From Octopus vulgaris (Eukaryota): a stretch of DNA of 64,000 nucleotides. Numbering within the stretch: the stretch's first letter is position 1; every line of letters begins with the position of its first letter. Shown piece after piece: positions 1 through 12,101 of the stretch. The position numbers and the translations under genes were made by a program. Location: positions 39,308,001 through 39,372,000 of the forward strand of contig OX597816.1 in NCBI GenBank assembly GCA_951406725.2, read 5' to 3'. The notes under the pieces were generated by a model. The model was not told where the DNA came from and made no database searches. It saw only the letters and a list, made by a program, of their open reading frames with translations.

Positions 1-123
1 ACGATTTGACTGAGGACTTGCGAACCAGATGGCTGCACCAGGCTCCAATCTTGATCTGGCAGAGTTTTCTACAGCTGGATGCCCTTCCTAACGCCAACCA
101 CTCTGAGAGTGTAATGGGTGCTT
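1..123 (-). mobile_element. RTE-type LINE 3'UTR/tail fragment (GAT-tailed family)
   Basis: Reverse complement of the ggcatccagctgtagaaa...agcctggtgcag module seen at 1240-1430, 2760-2940 and 13586-13770. Confidence 0.75.
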
Positions 124-231
124 ATTTCTTGGTATTTGTCTGAGCTTTTTTTATGTCATGGGTAACATCTTGCATGATTCCTGCACTTCTCCTTTGATGA
201 TGTTTTAATATATTTTCTCTTACTTTTCCAG

Positions 232-343
232 GTGAATTGAAGGATCCGAGCCGGTCTATTCCAAATGGGACATTAGCAGCCATGGCATACACCTTTATAA
301 CATACATCATACTTTCTTTTCTTATTGCTGCATCTTGTGACAG
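232..343 (+). CDS. SLC12A9: SLC12A9 internal coding exon (gene starts upstream of window)
   Basis: Acceptor ttttccag, donor AG|gtttgt; translates (G)[36 protein letters not shown](R), the conserved SLC12 GELKDPS.SIP.GT motif; phase joins the next exon. Confidence 0.93.
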
Positions 344-863
344 GTTTGTGTGTTTCATCTCTTACTGGGTGACATAGTTGTGCATCTCTTACTACAGCAG
401 AGTTACAAAACATTTGCATGTCTTGCTGTAACAGTTACCTGTTCGTATGAATATAATGTGTGTGTGTGCGCGCACGTGTGTGTAGATAGACAGGGAGGAA
501 AACATTACCTCCCTTGGAAACAGGTGAGGGTTGGCATCAGGAAGGGCATCCAGCTGTAGAGAACCTGCCACTCTGATAGTGCTGCACATATGTATATACA
601 TTTTTGTAGGTGCAGGCATAGCTGTGTGGGTAAGAAATTTGCTTCCCAACCACATGATTTCGGGTTTAGTCCCACTGTACGGCACCTTAGGCAAGTGTCT
701 TCTAGGCCAACCAAAGCCTTGTAAATGGATTTATATATACACTCACTATTTATGAAAAAAATTCTTTACTAGTTTATATTATCATTACTGTGTGATGAAT
801 AGTAATATGAAACTCTGAGTAACAGTTTGTGAAGTATTTTGGCTTTAATAAAATAGTGTGTAT

Positions 864-893
<30 letters not shown>

Positions 894-896
<3 letters not shown>

Positions 897-1212
897 GGCG
901 CATGGCTCAGTGGTTAGAGTATCGAGCTTGTGAGTTCGAATCCCGGACCAGGCTGCATGTTGTGTTCTTGAGCAAGACACTTTATTTCATGTTTCTCCAG
1001 TTCACTCAGCTGTAGAAATGAGTTACGACGTCACAGGTGCCAAGCTGTATCTGCTGTTGCCTTTCTCTTGGATAACATCGGTGGTGTGGAGGGGGGAGGC
1101 CGGTATGCATGGGCGACTGCTGGTCTTCCACAAACAACCTTGCCCAGACTTGTGCCTGGGAGGGTAACTTTCTAGGTGCAATCCCACGGTCAGTCATGAC
1201 CGAAGGGGGTCT
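894..1212 (+). mobile_element. tRNA-derived SINE
   Basis: Pol III A box (tggctcagtggttag) and B box (gttcgaatcc) followed by gtgttcttgagcaagacactt body; related decayed copies at ~4015-4210(-), 5490-5790(-), 13803-14090(+), 16213-16500(+). Confidence 0.75.
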
Positions 1213-1239
1213 CAATACACACACACACACACACAGTGC

Positions 1240-1430
1240 TGGTTCCACATAAAAAGCAAGCACCCATTACACTCTGTGGAGTGGTTGGCATTAGAAAGAG
1301 CATCCAGCTGTAGAGACCATGTCAGAGCAGAAAATGGAGTTTGGTACAATCCCTGACCTTACCAGCTTTGTTCATCCTGTCCAACCCATGCCAGCATGGA
1401 AAATGGACATTAAATGATGATGATGATTAT
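1240..1430 (+). mobile_element. RTE-type LINE 3' tail ending in (GAT)n
   Basis: ccaacccatgccagcatggaaaatggacattaaatgatgatgat terminus shared with many copies in window. Confidence 0.75.
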
Positions 1431-1455
1431 GACATACATCTTGTTTTATATCAAA

Positions 1456-1764
1456 CTAGCAGTATCGCCCTGCGTTGCTCGGGTTTGTAAGGGAAATAAC
1501 TATATAAGCATTTTTATAGAGTTACTTCCCTTATATAAACCGAGCAAAAAATGCATTAAAAATGTGGAAAAATGATGGTAATTTTTTTTTTAAATCATAG
1601 ACTCATTGTAGACGCGCGCTAATACCCAGAAGGGCTTGATATGAATCACGACTATAAGATACCCGCTTTTGGTTAAACTGCACCGCAAAATGTGGGAGTA
1701 GTTAGGAATCCAAATCAGAGTAGACAGACACTCACACACACAGTTTCAGTTTTATATATAAAGA
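1456..1764 (-). mobile_element. Non-autonomous Helitron (family 1)
   Basis: On - strand starts TC after A, ends in GC hairpin then CTAG before T; second copy at 21147-21543. Confidence 0.8.
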
Positions 1765-1894
1765 TGTAGAAAAAAAGAATGCTTAATATGTGTTATAGAG
1801 GATTTGAGCATGTTTTTTTTTTATTGAAGCTGTGACTCAAAGAGTCTTGTGATTCAAGTTTCATGCCAGTGCATTTATTTATCTGTCTTTCCAG

Positions 1895-2052
1895 ATTCCT
1901 GCTTGTGAATGACTATGTGTTCCTTCAAGATATAAACATATGGAAGCCATTTGTTGTGGTAGGAATATTTGCCGTAACATTTTCATCAGCACTTGGAAAT
2001 CTAATTGGTGGTTCCCGTGTCTTAGAAAGATTAGCTAATGATCATCTGTTCT
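1895..2052 (+). CDS. SLC12A9: SLC12A9 internal coding exon
   Basis: ctttccag acceptor, T|gtaagt donor; FLLVNDYVFLQDINIWKPFVVVGIFAVTFSSALGNLIGGSRVLERLANDHLF; split codon AG+A=R completes previous exon. Confidence 0.95.
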
Positions 2053-2552
2053 GTAAGTTATTCAATTTGTTTCCTTCTCTTTTTCTGCTTTTTTCATTTT
2101 TAATTATTCATAATCTCGACATCAGCTAATTGCTAAATATTACTCTTTTTAATTTATTACTTGATACAATCCTCATCAATGTTAGAAGCATTTGACAAAT
2201 TAAGATTGATTTTATTCGTAAGGTGGCCATTTTCGTTTTATTCCTGCTTTTCACACAATGTAAAGGATTTCTTAGTTCTACCAATTTATACATTTACAGA
2301 GCTCTGTATCATGGAATTGATATTTTTGATTTTCCTGTTTAGATTAAAGTACAATATAGCCAACCATTACTTGTGAGTGGATGTGGTTTGGTAATATATA
2401 GCGTTACTGACTTATTTAAGCCTTTTGCTCCCGGTAGAGTGCTGGCCATCAATGACTCTTCTCCACAGTTCTCAACTGTATGTTGTCTTTTCTACTTCTC
2501 TCTAGCTGGATCCCTGCCTTTTCAGCTTTATGAAAATATGTGTGTATGTATA

Positions 2553-2940
2553 ATTGTGGAGGGAACCTGTGGAAAAGGTAGACCCAGGGAGACATGGAAA
2601 TATGATCTTCGGTTGTTGAGTCTCATGAAGGCAATGACAAGTCACTGAGACTTCAGGCAATTTGCTGTGCTTGAAAAGACATGTCAAGCTAAGTGGAATT
2701 GGAACCATGGCCAGTGCCAGTGATGCATAAAAAGCACACATACCAATGACTTGTAAAATACACCCAGTACACTTTGTAAAGTGGTTGGTGTAAGGAAGGG
2801 CATCCCACCATAAAAACCAAGCCAAACAGATGACTAGAGCCTGGTGCAGCTCTCCGACTTACCAGCTCTGGTCAACTCTGGTCAAACCATCTAACCCATG
2901 CTAGCAAGGAAAACGGACACTAAATGATGATGTTGATGAT
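2553..2940 (+). mobile_element. RTE-type LINE 3' end (ORF C-terminus plus 3'UTR)
   Basis: Translates VEGTCGKGRPRETW...DLRLLSL (RTE C-terminal GRPR..W motif), followed by the same GAT-tailed 3'UTR; identifies the tail family as RTE-derived. Confidence 0.75.
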
Positions 2941-3086
2941 ACAAACAAAGATACATGATATATACCTATCTATATACACACATATATAACTATATACATA
3001 TACAGCCAAATACATAATATATGTTTTATGTAGAATAGAACAGTATGATTTTTTTTTATATGCTCCTAAGTTTATATGATAATATA

Positions 3087-3600
3087 CCATAAATCCTTGA
3101 GTATAATCCGCATTTTTTTCCCAAAATTTAATGGTCAAAATCCCTAGTGTGTACTATATATACGAGGTTTAAAATGAAAATTATTTTCTAAGCAATGTCT
3201 GAGTCTCTATTTGCTGTCTGGCAATGTTTATTCAGACGCATTTTGTGATGTCGGGCGCGAAAATACATTAAGCTAAGCCTGAAAGCAATGAAGTCATAAA
3301 AGAATCATCCATAACTTGCAGTAAGCAACATTTATTAAACGTTAATACTGTTATTTCTTTATTTTCTGCAAACAAAATGAACAAAAAAGCTACACGTTTG
3401 CATTATGTTATATATACAATAAGAATAAAGGATGTTACCATATGCATTTTTACAAACCAAGGACGTTATATAGACCTCCTTGACTCAAGTTAGAGAAGGG
3501 GTGCGTATTATACACAAGGTTTAGGTTTTACAGAAGTACAGCCCCCTAAAAATCCCCTGCGTATTGTACTCAAGGGTGGTCTATACTCGAGGATTTACGG
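3087..3600. mobile_element. pogo/Tc2-like MITE
   Basis: TIRs CCATAAATCCTTGAGTATA / TATACTCGAGGATTTACGG, flanked by TA on both sides, no coding capacity. Confidence 0.8.
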
Positions 3601-4324
3601 TATAGCTTGAAATGTTAATCTATGATATTATGTTGCTTAGGGTATATTGATAATAATAATTATAATAAAAGTTCTGAATATTAACATACATTAAAAGCAG
3701 TATCCCTCTTACAAAAACATTATGCCTGTCTGACCACCCCCAACCCCACCATTTCTTTATGAATGTGTGTGACTTTCTCCCTAGCTAATTGTATTCCTGG
3801 TCTATGTGTAGAGGTTTCCCCTCTCTGTATCCATATTGTTTTAGTGTATGCACCTGTCAGCTTACTTACTGTATAAGTGTATGCATGTCTTTATGAGTGT
3901 ATATGTATATGCTTATGGATATATATATATATGTATATATATTTACATCTATGTGTATCTCTGTGTGGACTGCATGTTCATATGTGTGTATGTATATATG
4001 GGTATATCTTGTTGGTTTTGACTCATAAGGGTCAGTTTTTCAGTTTCATGGTGTATATATTCCCTGCCTGGATAGGATGCCAGTCCATCGCAGGATTACT
4101 CACTTTTGCCAACTGAGTGGACTGGAGCGACATGAAATGAAGTGTTTTGCTCAAGAACGCAATGCGTCACTTGAATCCAACACCCTAACCACTAAGCCAC
4201 GTGTCTCCACATAAGAGTGTATGGGAGAGTGAGTGATGGTTATAGATGGGAAATGGGTGAATGGGCTGAGTATGATGAATGTAGAACATTTTTTTTTAAA
4301 TGATAATTTTTTTTTATTTTACAG

Positions 4325-4407
4325 GGTTTGTTTTAAGCCCAGCTAAAATTACATCACGTAATGGAAACCCTTTTGTTGCTGTCCTTATCACTTGGCTATT
4401 TGCTCAG
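4325..4407 (+). CDS. SLC12A9: SLC12A9 internal coding exon
   Basis: poly-T/acag acceptor, CAG|gtacaa donor; (W)FVLSPAKITSRNGNPFVAVLITWLFAQ; phase consistent. Confidence 0.92.
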
Positions 4408-4750
4408 GTACAAAACATTTGTCACTCATAACATTTTCTCTCCTAGTCTAAGTTGTATACATCATAGAACATCAAAGGCACTGATACTCTGATTGGCTGT
4501 ATACATCTTGAAAAACTCTGTTCTTTTGAGTTGTTCCACCAATTTTAATTCTTTGGATACTGACCCACTAGAGACTGCCCTTGGTTCTACAATACAATCA
4601 TACTGTCTTAAAATATTCTAAATTAAAACTTACCATCAAAATTTTATGTTAATATCGACAAGGTTATTTTGTTAAATTATTAAATTTTTTCAAATTTAAT
4701 TTAAACAGAGGCAGGGTATTTCAACATAAATATTATTACTGAAGAATTAA

Positions 4751-4962
4751 CCCTTTAGCAATGTAGTGCATATTTATTCACATCACTTTGAATTAATCAT
4801 GCATTATCTTGTAGCTTCAAGATTCTGATGAAATAAAGAATCATAATTCTTTAATTTTAGAATGACTGTGTTGAGTTGGTGTGAGAGGTCAGATCTGGCC
4901 AATTCAAACATAAAACAGGTAGAATATGGGGGCCAGGTATAATCAGTACAAATTCTAAAGGA
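4751..4962. mobile_element. piggyBac-like MITE
   Basis: TTAA|CCCTTTAG...CTAAAGGA|TTAA; homologous to 10524-11147 and (reversed) ~58126-58353. Confidence 0.7.
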
Positions 4963-5043
4963 TTAAACAGTTTAATACTGATGTGATTTTTTTTTTTTTC
5001 CAAAACACTAAATTACAACTTTTATTTGTCTCATTCTTTTCAG

Positions 5044-5168
5044 CTTGTTCTCCTTATTGGCTCCCTCAATGCCATTGCCCCTTTTACCTCAGTCTGCTTC
5101 TTGCTGTCCTATGCCTCTACCAATCTTGCTTGCCTTGGTCTTGAAGTAGCTTCTGCTCCAAACTTCAG
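5044..5168 (+). CDS. SLC12A9: SLC12A9 internal coding exon
   Basis: ttcttttcag acceptor, AG|gtaaac donor; [41 protein letters not shown](R), the conserved LN.IAP...ASAPNFRP segment. Confidence 0.95.
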
Positions 5169-6167
5169 GTAAACTTTCACTTTAAAACAAATTTTCTTTC
5201 ATATTCATATTTGATGTTTTCTCTAATTTTATGTTTCACAGTACATCGTTTGAGATAATGGGACTGAGTCTCATGGTATACTGTGAGATTGTGGGAGTGA
5301 TTTTCAAAGCCTGACTTTTAAGAAACTCTTTAAGATATTTTTGAAAAATCAAAATAAAACAAAAATAAACCTTTTTAATGCCAAAATACAAAATAAATTA
5401 ATACTAGATTAACCCCAGTACAGATGAAGAGTCAAATAGAGTCTTAGTTCATGAAAGAAATTTTTTTTTAAATGGTGAAATATATTTCTCTGTATGATGG
5501 TCTCTCCTATCATGAGCAACAGATGATAGTTCTGCAATTTCTTGCTGAACAACCTGCACAGATGATTTGTTTTAGTGATCAAATGTTTCTGCTGTACATT
5601 AGCTCACTCCCTCATCAAATCAGCATCGCCTGAAAAAGTGCATGGTGTACCACACATCAGATGTCAAAGTGATTGTAGAGCAATATGAAATTATGTGTTT
5701 TGCTCAAAAGCACAACACACCACTCTGTCCAGTAATTGAAACCACAATCTCACACTCATGAGATCCCTAAACACTAGGCTATGCACTTTCATTCTTCTAT
5801 AGTGTAACACCATTTACACCCAAATTGTATTATAGGAATATAAAGCAACCTTGTTTATCAATTCTAGAAGAATGAAAGGTAAAATTGACCTCAGCAGGAT
5901 TTGAATTCAGAATGTCAAGAGTCATTAAAAACTGCATAGCATGTTTTCCAAGAATTATAATTTTGTCTATTTACTGCATCAACATCCTCTTCATCAGTTC
6001 TTCTGTTAATTCCAATGGTTGCTAGATCACTCTATTTAGGGCTTAAGATCTATTCTAGTTCTTATGAAGGTACTAAAAAATAGTTGAGCTGAATAATGTT
6101 GAAGTATATTTGAAACCAAAATGTTTTAAATTGTGTAAAATTGTTGTTTTTTTTTCTTTTATTGTAG

Positions 6168-7515
6168 GCCTACTTTCAAATATTTCTCCTGGCATACATC
6201 GCTCCTGGGGCTCATTGGTTGTATCATTATGTCTTTTTATGTAAGCCCGCTCTATGCATCAATCTCTGTGATAATGTTGCTCCTGCTTGTCATTCTGCTG
6301 CATATCCGTTCGCTGCCTTCATCTTGGGGTTCCATTAGCCAAGCATTGATCTTCCATCAAGTTCGAAAATATCTCCTAATGTTAGACACTCGCAAAGATC
6401 ACGTGAAGTATTGGCGTCCGCAGATTCTTCTCATGGTGGCCCACCCATGTCAGTCCTGTGAACTCATGGACTTTATAAATGATCTGAAGAAAGGTGGGCT
6501 TTATATTATTGGCCATGTCAAAATAGGTACTTTGAACAAACATTTGTCTGATCCCATCCAAGATGACTATTCAAAATGGCTGAGCTTAATCGACTATCTC
6601 AAAATTAAAGCTTTCCCTGAAGTTACCATGGCACCTAGTGTCTCCGAAGGTTTGATTCATCTTGCTAGAATTTCAGGCCTTGGGGGAATGAAACCAAATA
6701 CAGTGTGTTTTGGATTTTATGATGATGCAACTCCTGTTGATAGTTTCATGAAAACTAGAATTCGTCATGGAACTGTTGTTAACTCGGCTGAAGAAGGATC
6801 TTCTGAAAATATTAGTGAGCATTTTGGTGTAGTTCGGTCGGATAAAGACCCTCATAGTGTACAATCTTTTGAAGAGTTTGTTGGATTCATACGAGATTGT
6901 TTGAAAATGCAGAAAAACGTTTGTATTTGTCGCCATTTCAATCAACTTGACAAAAATGCCATTCTGTCTTCAAAATCTGAGCATTTCATTGATGTCTGGC
7001 CATTGAATTTTTTCCAGCCAGAAACTTCAAATTATTTTGACATAACTTGTCTTTATATGCTTCAATTGGCTTGTATTCTGCATATGGTTCCCAAATGGAA
7101 AAAGCATACCACTCTAAGAGTTTTTCTCTGTGTTGACACTGTAAACGACAATACTTTGCAGAAAGAGAAAAAATTAGATGACTTCTTACGACAACTTCGT
7201 ATCTTGGCTCGGATCAAAATAGTTCCATGGGATCAGATTCTGACATACTACCGCGCCAATGAGGACCAACATGAATCATCTGAAGAAATGATGCAGAAGT
7301 TCTACTCTCTTGGTGATTCTACTCTGAAGATGATCAACCAATTAATTGTGGACAATTCTCGTGCCACGGCAATCAGCTTTATATATTTACCACTTCCACC
7401 CAGTGACATCTCAAAGTATGAGAAATATTTACACCAACTTACTGTATTGTCAAACAGCCTTCCTCCAACTATGTTTGTGCATGGACTCCACCCTGTTACA
7501 TCAACCACTCTGTGA
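6168..7515 (+). CDS. SLC12A9: SLC12A9 terminal coding exon (last TM helices plus whole cytoplasmic C-terminal domain)
   Basis: ttgtag acceptor; PTFKYFSWHTSLLG...SQALIFHQVRKYLLMLDTRKDHVKYWRPQILL...GLGGMKPNT...FVHGLHPVTSTTL*; in frame with ORF 6229-7515; motifs and C-terminus match SLC12A9 rather than NKCC/KCC. Confidence 0.96.
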
Positions 7516-7655
7516 TCTTATGACAATGCTAATTAACGATGCTAATTACTAAAGTCTTGTTTTGTATCTCAGTGATATCCAAAAACCAATGGAACAACTA
7601 TGACCATCAAAACATTCTTTAAAAAAATATGTGAATGCATCTATGTATGCATGTA

Positions 7656-7686
<31 letters not shown>

Positions 7687-7687
<1 letters not shown>

Positions 7688-7791
7688 AAAATGGTTTTTC
7701 CGTTTTCGTTTCTCGTTGAGTTCTACGTCTCTGTTTTTCTGTTGTAAAAAAATGGTTTTTCCGTTTTCGTTTCTCGTTGAGTTCTACGTCT
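7687..7791 (+). repeat. Direct duplication of a 44-bp unit just 3' of the SLC12A9 stop
   Basis: aaaaatggtttttccgttttcgtttctcgttgagttctacgtct at 7687-7730 and 7748-7791. Confidence 0.9.
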
Positions 7792-8403
7792 AGTTGTGGT
7801 GTCCTGTACTCACATATATATATTTATATATGCATGTATATATACATGTAGATGTAGGTACGTACATATATGTTTGTATGTATGCATATATTTTATTTAT
7901 TACACTATATATATATATATATATATATAAATGTATAAATATATGTGTGTCCTTGTGTTCATGTTCATGTTTATGTTTATATGTGTGTTTGTATAGTGTT
8001 GTTTACATATTTTTACTTAATATAACCTCCCGGTAGATCAAGTCCATAACCTAGTATCAATTCCTGGTTGTGACCATTTTTTGTTATACATTACAAATAC
8101 TCTTAAAAGAAAGTCATGTCCATCACACAATCTCATCTTCCCTTCCTTATAAATCTGAGACCATGTGCCTAGGTAAGGAATTCCTATTTCTTAACTTTTA
8201 ACTGATATGTAATAATGTGTGTATGTGTGTATTTGGCTTGTTATTTCTTAGTTATTTATCTCCTGTTTTTTTTTGTTTTGTTTTGTTTTTTTTTAAATTA
8301 CAACTTAGCTTTATTTCTTCACTTAAACTGAAAAGGCTTTAAACAATATTTTTTCTGAAAATAACAAATGTATTATTATTAGTAGTAGTATTATTATTAT
8401 TAT

Positions 8404-8553
8404 TCTGAGCTCAAATTCTGCCTAGGTCAAACTTTGCCTTTCATCCTTTCGGGGTTGATAAAATAAGTACCAGTTGAGCACTGGGGTTGATGTAATCAAC
8501 TTAGCCCCTTCCCCCAAACCTGCTGGCTTTGTGCCAAAATTTGAAATCATTAA

Positions 8554-8586
<33 letters not shown>

Positions 8587-8603
8587 CATTATTATTATTA
8601 TTA

Positions 8604-8686
<83 letters not shown>

Positions 8687-8890
8687 TAAGGTGGTGAGCT
8701 GGCAGAACCATTACCACACTGGATAAAATGCTTAGTAGCATTTCTTCCATCTTGATGTTAGTTCAAGTTCTGCTATGGTCTGCTTTGCCTTTTATCCTTT
8801 TGGGGGTGATAAAATAAAGTATCAGTCATATACTGTGGTTGATGTGATCAACTAGCTCCCTCCCGCCATATTTCAGGCCTTTTGCCTACC
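8404..8890 (+). mobile_element. Two Meta-domain-like SINE copies separated by (ATT)n (8551-8686)
   Basis: gcctttcatcctttcggggttgataaaataagtaccag core; second copy has head ggtggtgagctggcagaa. Confidence 0.75.
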
Positions 8891-9497
8891 ATATTATTAT
8901 TATGATTATTACCTATTATGATGGTTGTCCATGTACAGTGTTATTTTTGTTGATCCATGGCAGATGTTTTCACATTCCTTGATAGATGATAACTTCGTCT
9001 TACATTGTGTTATCTATGTAATACTGACCATTGTCCACATTTAACTGAATTGCTACAAAGTGAGGATTAATTTTATGCATGCCTCTATGTTTGTAGGCAT
9101 ATTTTTGTAAAAACGAAAGAGCTTGATGATATACATGCATAGTCTCACACTTATATAATATATATATGTATATATATATATATATAAATATATGTATATG
9201 TGTACACACACACACACACGCTTCTGGGAGAAGAAAAAATTACTGCATAAAATGATTCTGTATTGGATTGAGCTACAGTAGTTGTTTGTCATTAAAAATG
9301 CTTTTTCTCACAGTTTGTAATATAAAATAGATTTCTAAAAATGTTGTTGCAAATGAATGATAAATATATTTGAGTGGATTAATAATGAATACATTCCAAA
9401 AATCTTTAAACATTTGTTTCGAAATTGTTATTTTAATGTAAGATCTAAGTTTATAATAATAATAATTATTATAATAATAATCATAATAATAATAATA

Positions 9498-9839
9498 AAG
9501 TAGTGGGGGAGCATCATAGCCATGTGTTGAGAGGGATTCTTTGGGGTTTGAATAATTCACCTCTGGAAACATGGGTGTTTTGTTCAACATCCTTAAACAA
9601 TCCTTATTCAGGGACCTTTTGAACGAAATGGGTTACTCGACCAGAAGAAAATTCTAACTGGGCCCCACCTGCAAGGTCATGCACTGTTTATCTTGATTTG
9701 AGATCACCATGTTGCGCACATATGGTTGTGATGCACGTGCCTGGTGTAACCTTATCAGACGGGTAGTCATGATGGGTATACTGAGCTTCGTATATTTTAC
9801 CCCAGTGTCACTTTGATGGCATGCACTGCTCTCTCACTC

Positions 9840-9882
<43 letters not shown>
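9498..9882 (+). mobile_element. Non-LTR retroelement 3' fragment inserted in (AAT)n, possibly R4/Dong-type
   Basis: Complex-sequence block bounded on both sides by (AAT)n; family assignment inferred from target/tail only. Confidence 0.45.
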
Positions 9883-9884
<2 letters not shown>

Positions 9885-10523
9885 CCCCATAACACAACAA
9901 ACTGATGCAGTACCCTAACAGGAAGAGTTTATCCTCCTCCAATCCCCATGAAAATAAGAACAAAATGCTGCACACACCTCAGGAACACAGGTGCATCAGG
10001 TGATGCAGTTGAAACTCTCATGAAACTACTGAATAAGAAGAAATAATAATAATGATAATAATAATAATAATATACAATGAAAACACTTAGAAGATTTTAC
10101 TCTTTAAAAAATTTGTTTTTTAAATTACCTGCTGCAACGAAAGTAGTTTCTATATTTTGAGCACCTTCAGATGTTAGCACATTTTGTTTGGATCCCCATG
10201 TACAATGATGTTTGAAGAATTCTTATTCAAGTTGAATAAATTTCTCTTGTTCACTGACTGGGAATCCATTTCATAACCCATTTAAATTAGTCCAACCATT
10301 TTTCATTCCTATGTTGATTTTTCATAAATTCATGAGAGGGATTTGCTTGCCTTCAAACCCCTCTGTATGTGATTCAATCAATGGCATAACACTCAAATAC
10401 TGAAACATGGTTTTGCTGAGCATAAGGTAAACCTAGACCTCATTTTATGATCTAAAACACTATGTAGTAAGTTCATAGACAGTACATATGTGTAAAATGC
10501 GGGAAGCTAGAAATGTAGAGAAA

Positions 10524-11147
10524 CCCTTTAGCACTCACATTATTCTGTCAAAAGTAATGCATATTTATTCACATTCTTTTGAATTAATCATGCATTATCT
10601 TGTAGCTTTGAGATTTCAATGATGTGATTGTTTATTTTCAGAGGAGTGGCTGTGTGGTAAGTAGCTTGCTTATGAACCACATGGTTCCGGGTTCAGTCCC
10701 ACTGCGTGACACCTTGGGCAAGTGTCTTCTACTATAGCCTCGGGCCGACCAAAGCCTTGTGAGTGGATTTGGTAGACGGAAACTGAAAGAAGCCCGTCAT
10801 ATATATATGTGTATCTATATATATATATATATATATGTGTATGTTTGTGTGTTGTGTTTGTCCCCACCAACATCGCTTGACAACCGATGCTGGTGTATTT
10901 ACGCCCCTGTAACTTAGCGGTTCAGTAAAAGAGACCGATAGAATAAGTACTAGGCTTACAAAGAATAAGTCCTGGGGTCGATTTCCTCGACTAAAGGCGG
11001 TGCTCCAGCATGGCCACAGTCAAATGACTGAAACAAGTAAATGAGTAAATGAGTATGGTACGTGTGAGAGGCTGGATCTAACCATTTTAAACATAGAACA
11101 GGTAGACTATTTGGGCCCCTGATATGACCTGTTTAAATGGTAAAGGG
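10524..11147. mobile_element. piggyBac-like MITE interrupted by a SINE
   Basis: CCCTTTAG...TAAAGGG ends; both halves align to 4751-4962. Confidence 0.7.
10643..11055 (+). mobile_element. tRNA-derived CORE-like SINE with internal microsatellite (family A)
   Basis: ggagtggctgtgtggtaag head, gggttcagtccc B box, gacaccttgggcaagtg CORE-like motif, (TA)/(TG) middle, tail ccagcatggccacagtcaaatgactgaaacaagtaa. Confidence 0.85.
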
Positions 11148-11190
11148 TTAGTAATAGCTCGTATTAAACACATTATTGTAAATTCTATAT

Positions 11191-11655
11191 CACCTTGATC
11201 ACCTTGACCGACCAGTCCGTCAGGCGTCCATTTGACACCACTGGTCACAGCACGCTGCCCACTCCTCTCTGGATCGCACCTTTCTCATCCACGTGATCCC
11301 AATCATCCTCCTGAAATCACAACTCCACTGTCGTGGAGGTCTTCCGCGCCAACCTCATTAACAGTGCAGTTCTGCCTGCAATGTTATATGGTAGTGAAAC
11401 ATGGGCTACCACAAAGAGAGAAGAGCAAAGACTAGTAACGGCTCAAAGAGCCATGGAAAGGTCAATGCTTGGTATCTCGTTGAGAGAGCACATAAGTAGC
11501 AAGATCATCAGAAAGAAGTCCGGCGTGAGAGATGTCATCGCAGAGTATACACGCAGCAAGTATAGATGGGCTGGACACATCGCCCGGCTCACCAATAATT
11601 GGTGGACGCACGCAGTTGTCGAGTGGTACCCACGTGAGCGGAAAAGACCACCCGG
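11191..11655 (-). mobile_element. 5'-truncated, 5'-inverted RTE LINE insertion
   Basis: 11191-11346 is the 3' end on -, 11347-11655 is the upstream RT C-terminal segment on + (LYGSETW...RWAGHIAR); TSD aaattctatat at 11180-11190 and 11656-11666. Confidence 0.85.
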
Positions 11656-11937
11656 AAATTCTATATATTCATCAATATTATCAAAATTCAAAAATATTTA
11701 CTGACAATGTATTTTATAACATCACTGATTCTTGTATGAAGAGCTACACTAACTGTGTAATGCAGCATAAACTGTTTTGGACAATATACTAAATCTCAGA
11801 GTAGTATCTAACATAAATTGTTACTTGCATGTACATAGTATATAGTTATACAGTTTAGCTTTCAGCTTACCTCAAGAAAATACAAAACACAGCAATGAAA
11901 AGAGCCCAGCTAGTTGTAAACAAATTTAATATTTAAT

Positions 11938-12101
11938 GCTGTCTTATGGCATGGGTATGCTGGGCTGTTGCCCATGAGTCCTCACAAGTCTCAGGGACCA
12001 GTTATGATCTATGTATGTTGTGGCTTGCTGTCAATCAATAAATACTCTAGGGCCCAGTACATTGATTTGGTCCAGGACCTTTAATGCTGCTGAGACAGTC
12101 T
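11938..12101. mobile_element. Degenerate hAT-like MITE
   Basis: Weak inverted ends ctgtctt / agacag with gggccc-type subterminal motifs. Confidence 0.3.

Noticed and set aside
6229-7515. Stand-alone intronless 428-aa gene or retrocopy
   Set aside because: Frame extends upstream to a splice acceptor at 6167 and joins four upstream exons in phase.
6673-7552. Antisense and alternative-frame ORFs overlapping SLC12A9
   Set aside because: Short shadow ORFs with no recognisable motifs.
8422-8726. Poly-Ile / poly-Leu ORFs
   Set aside because: (ATT)n microsatellite.
7516-9400. SLC12A9 polyadenylation signal
   Set aside because: No unambiguous signal can be chosen in this AT-rich, repeat-filled region.
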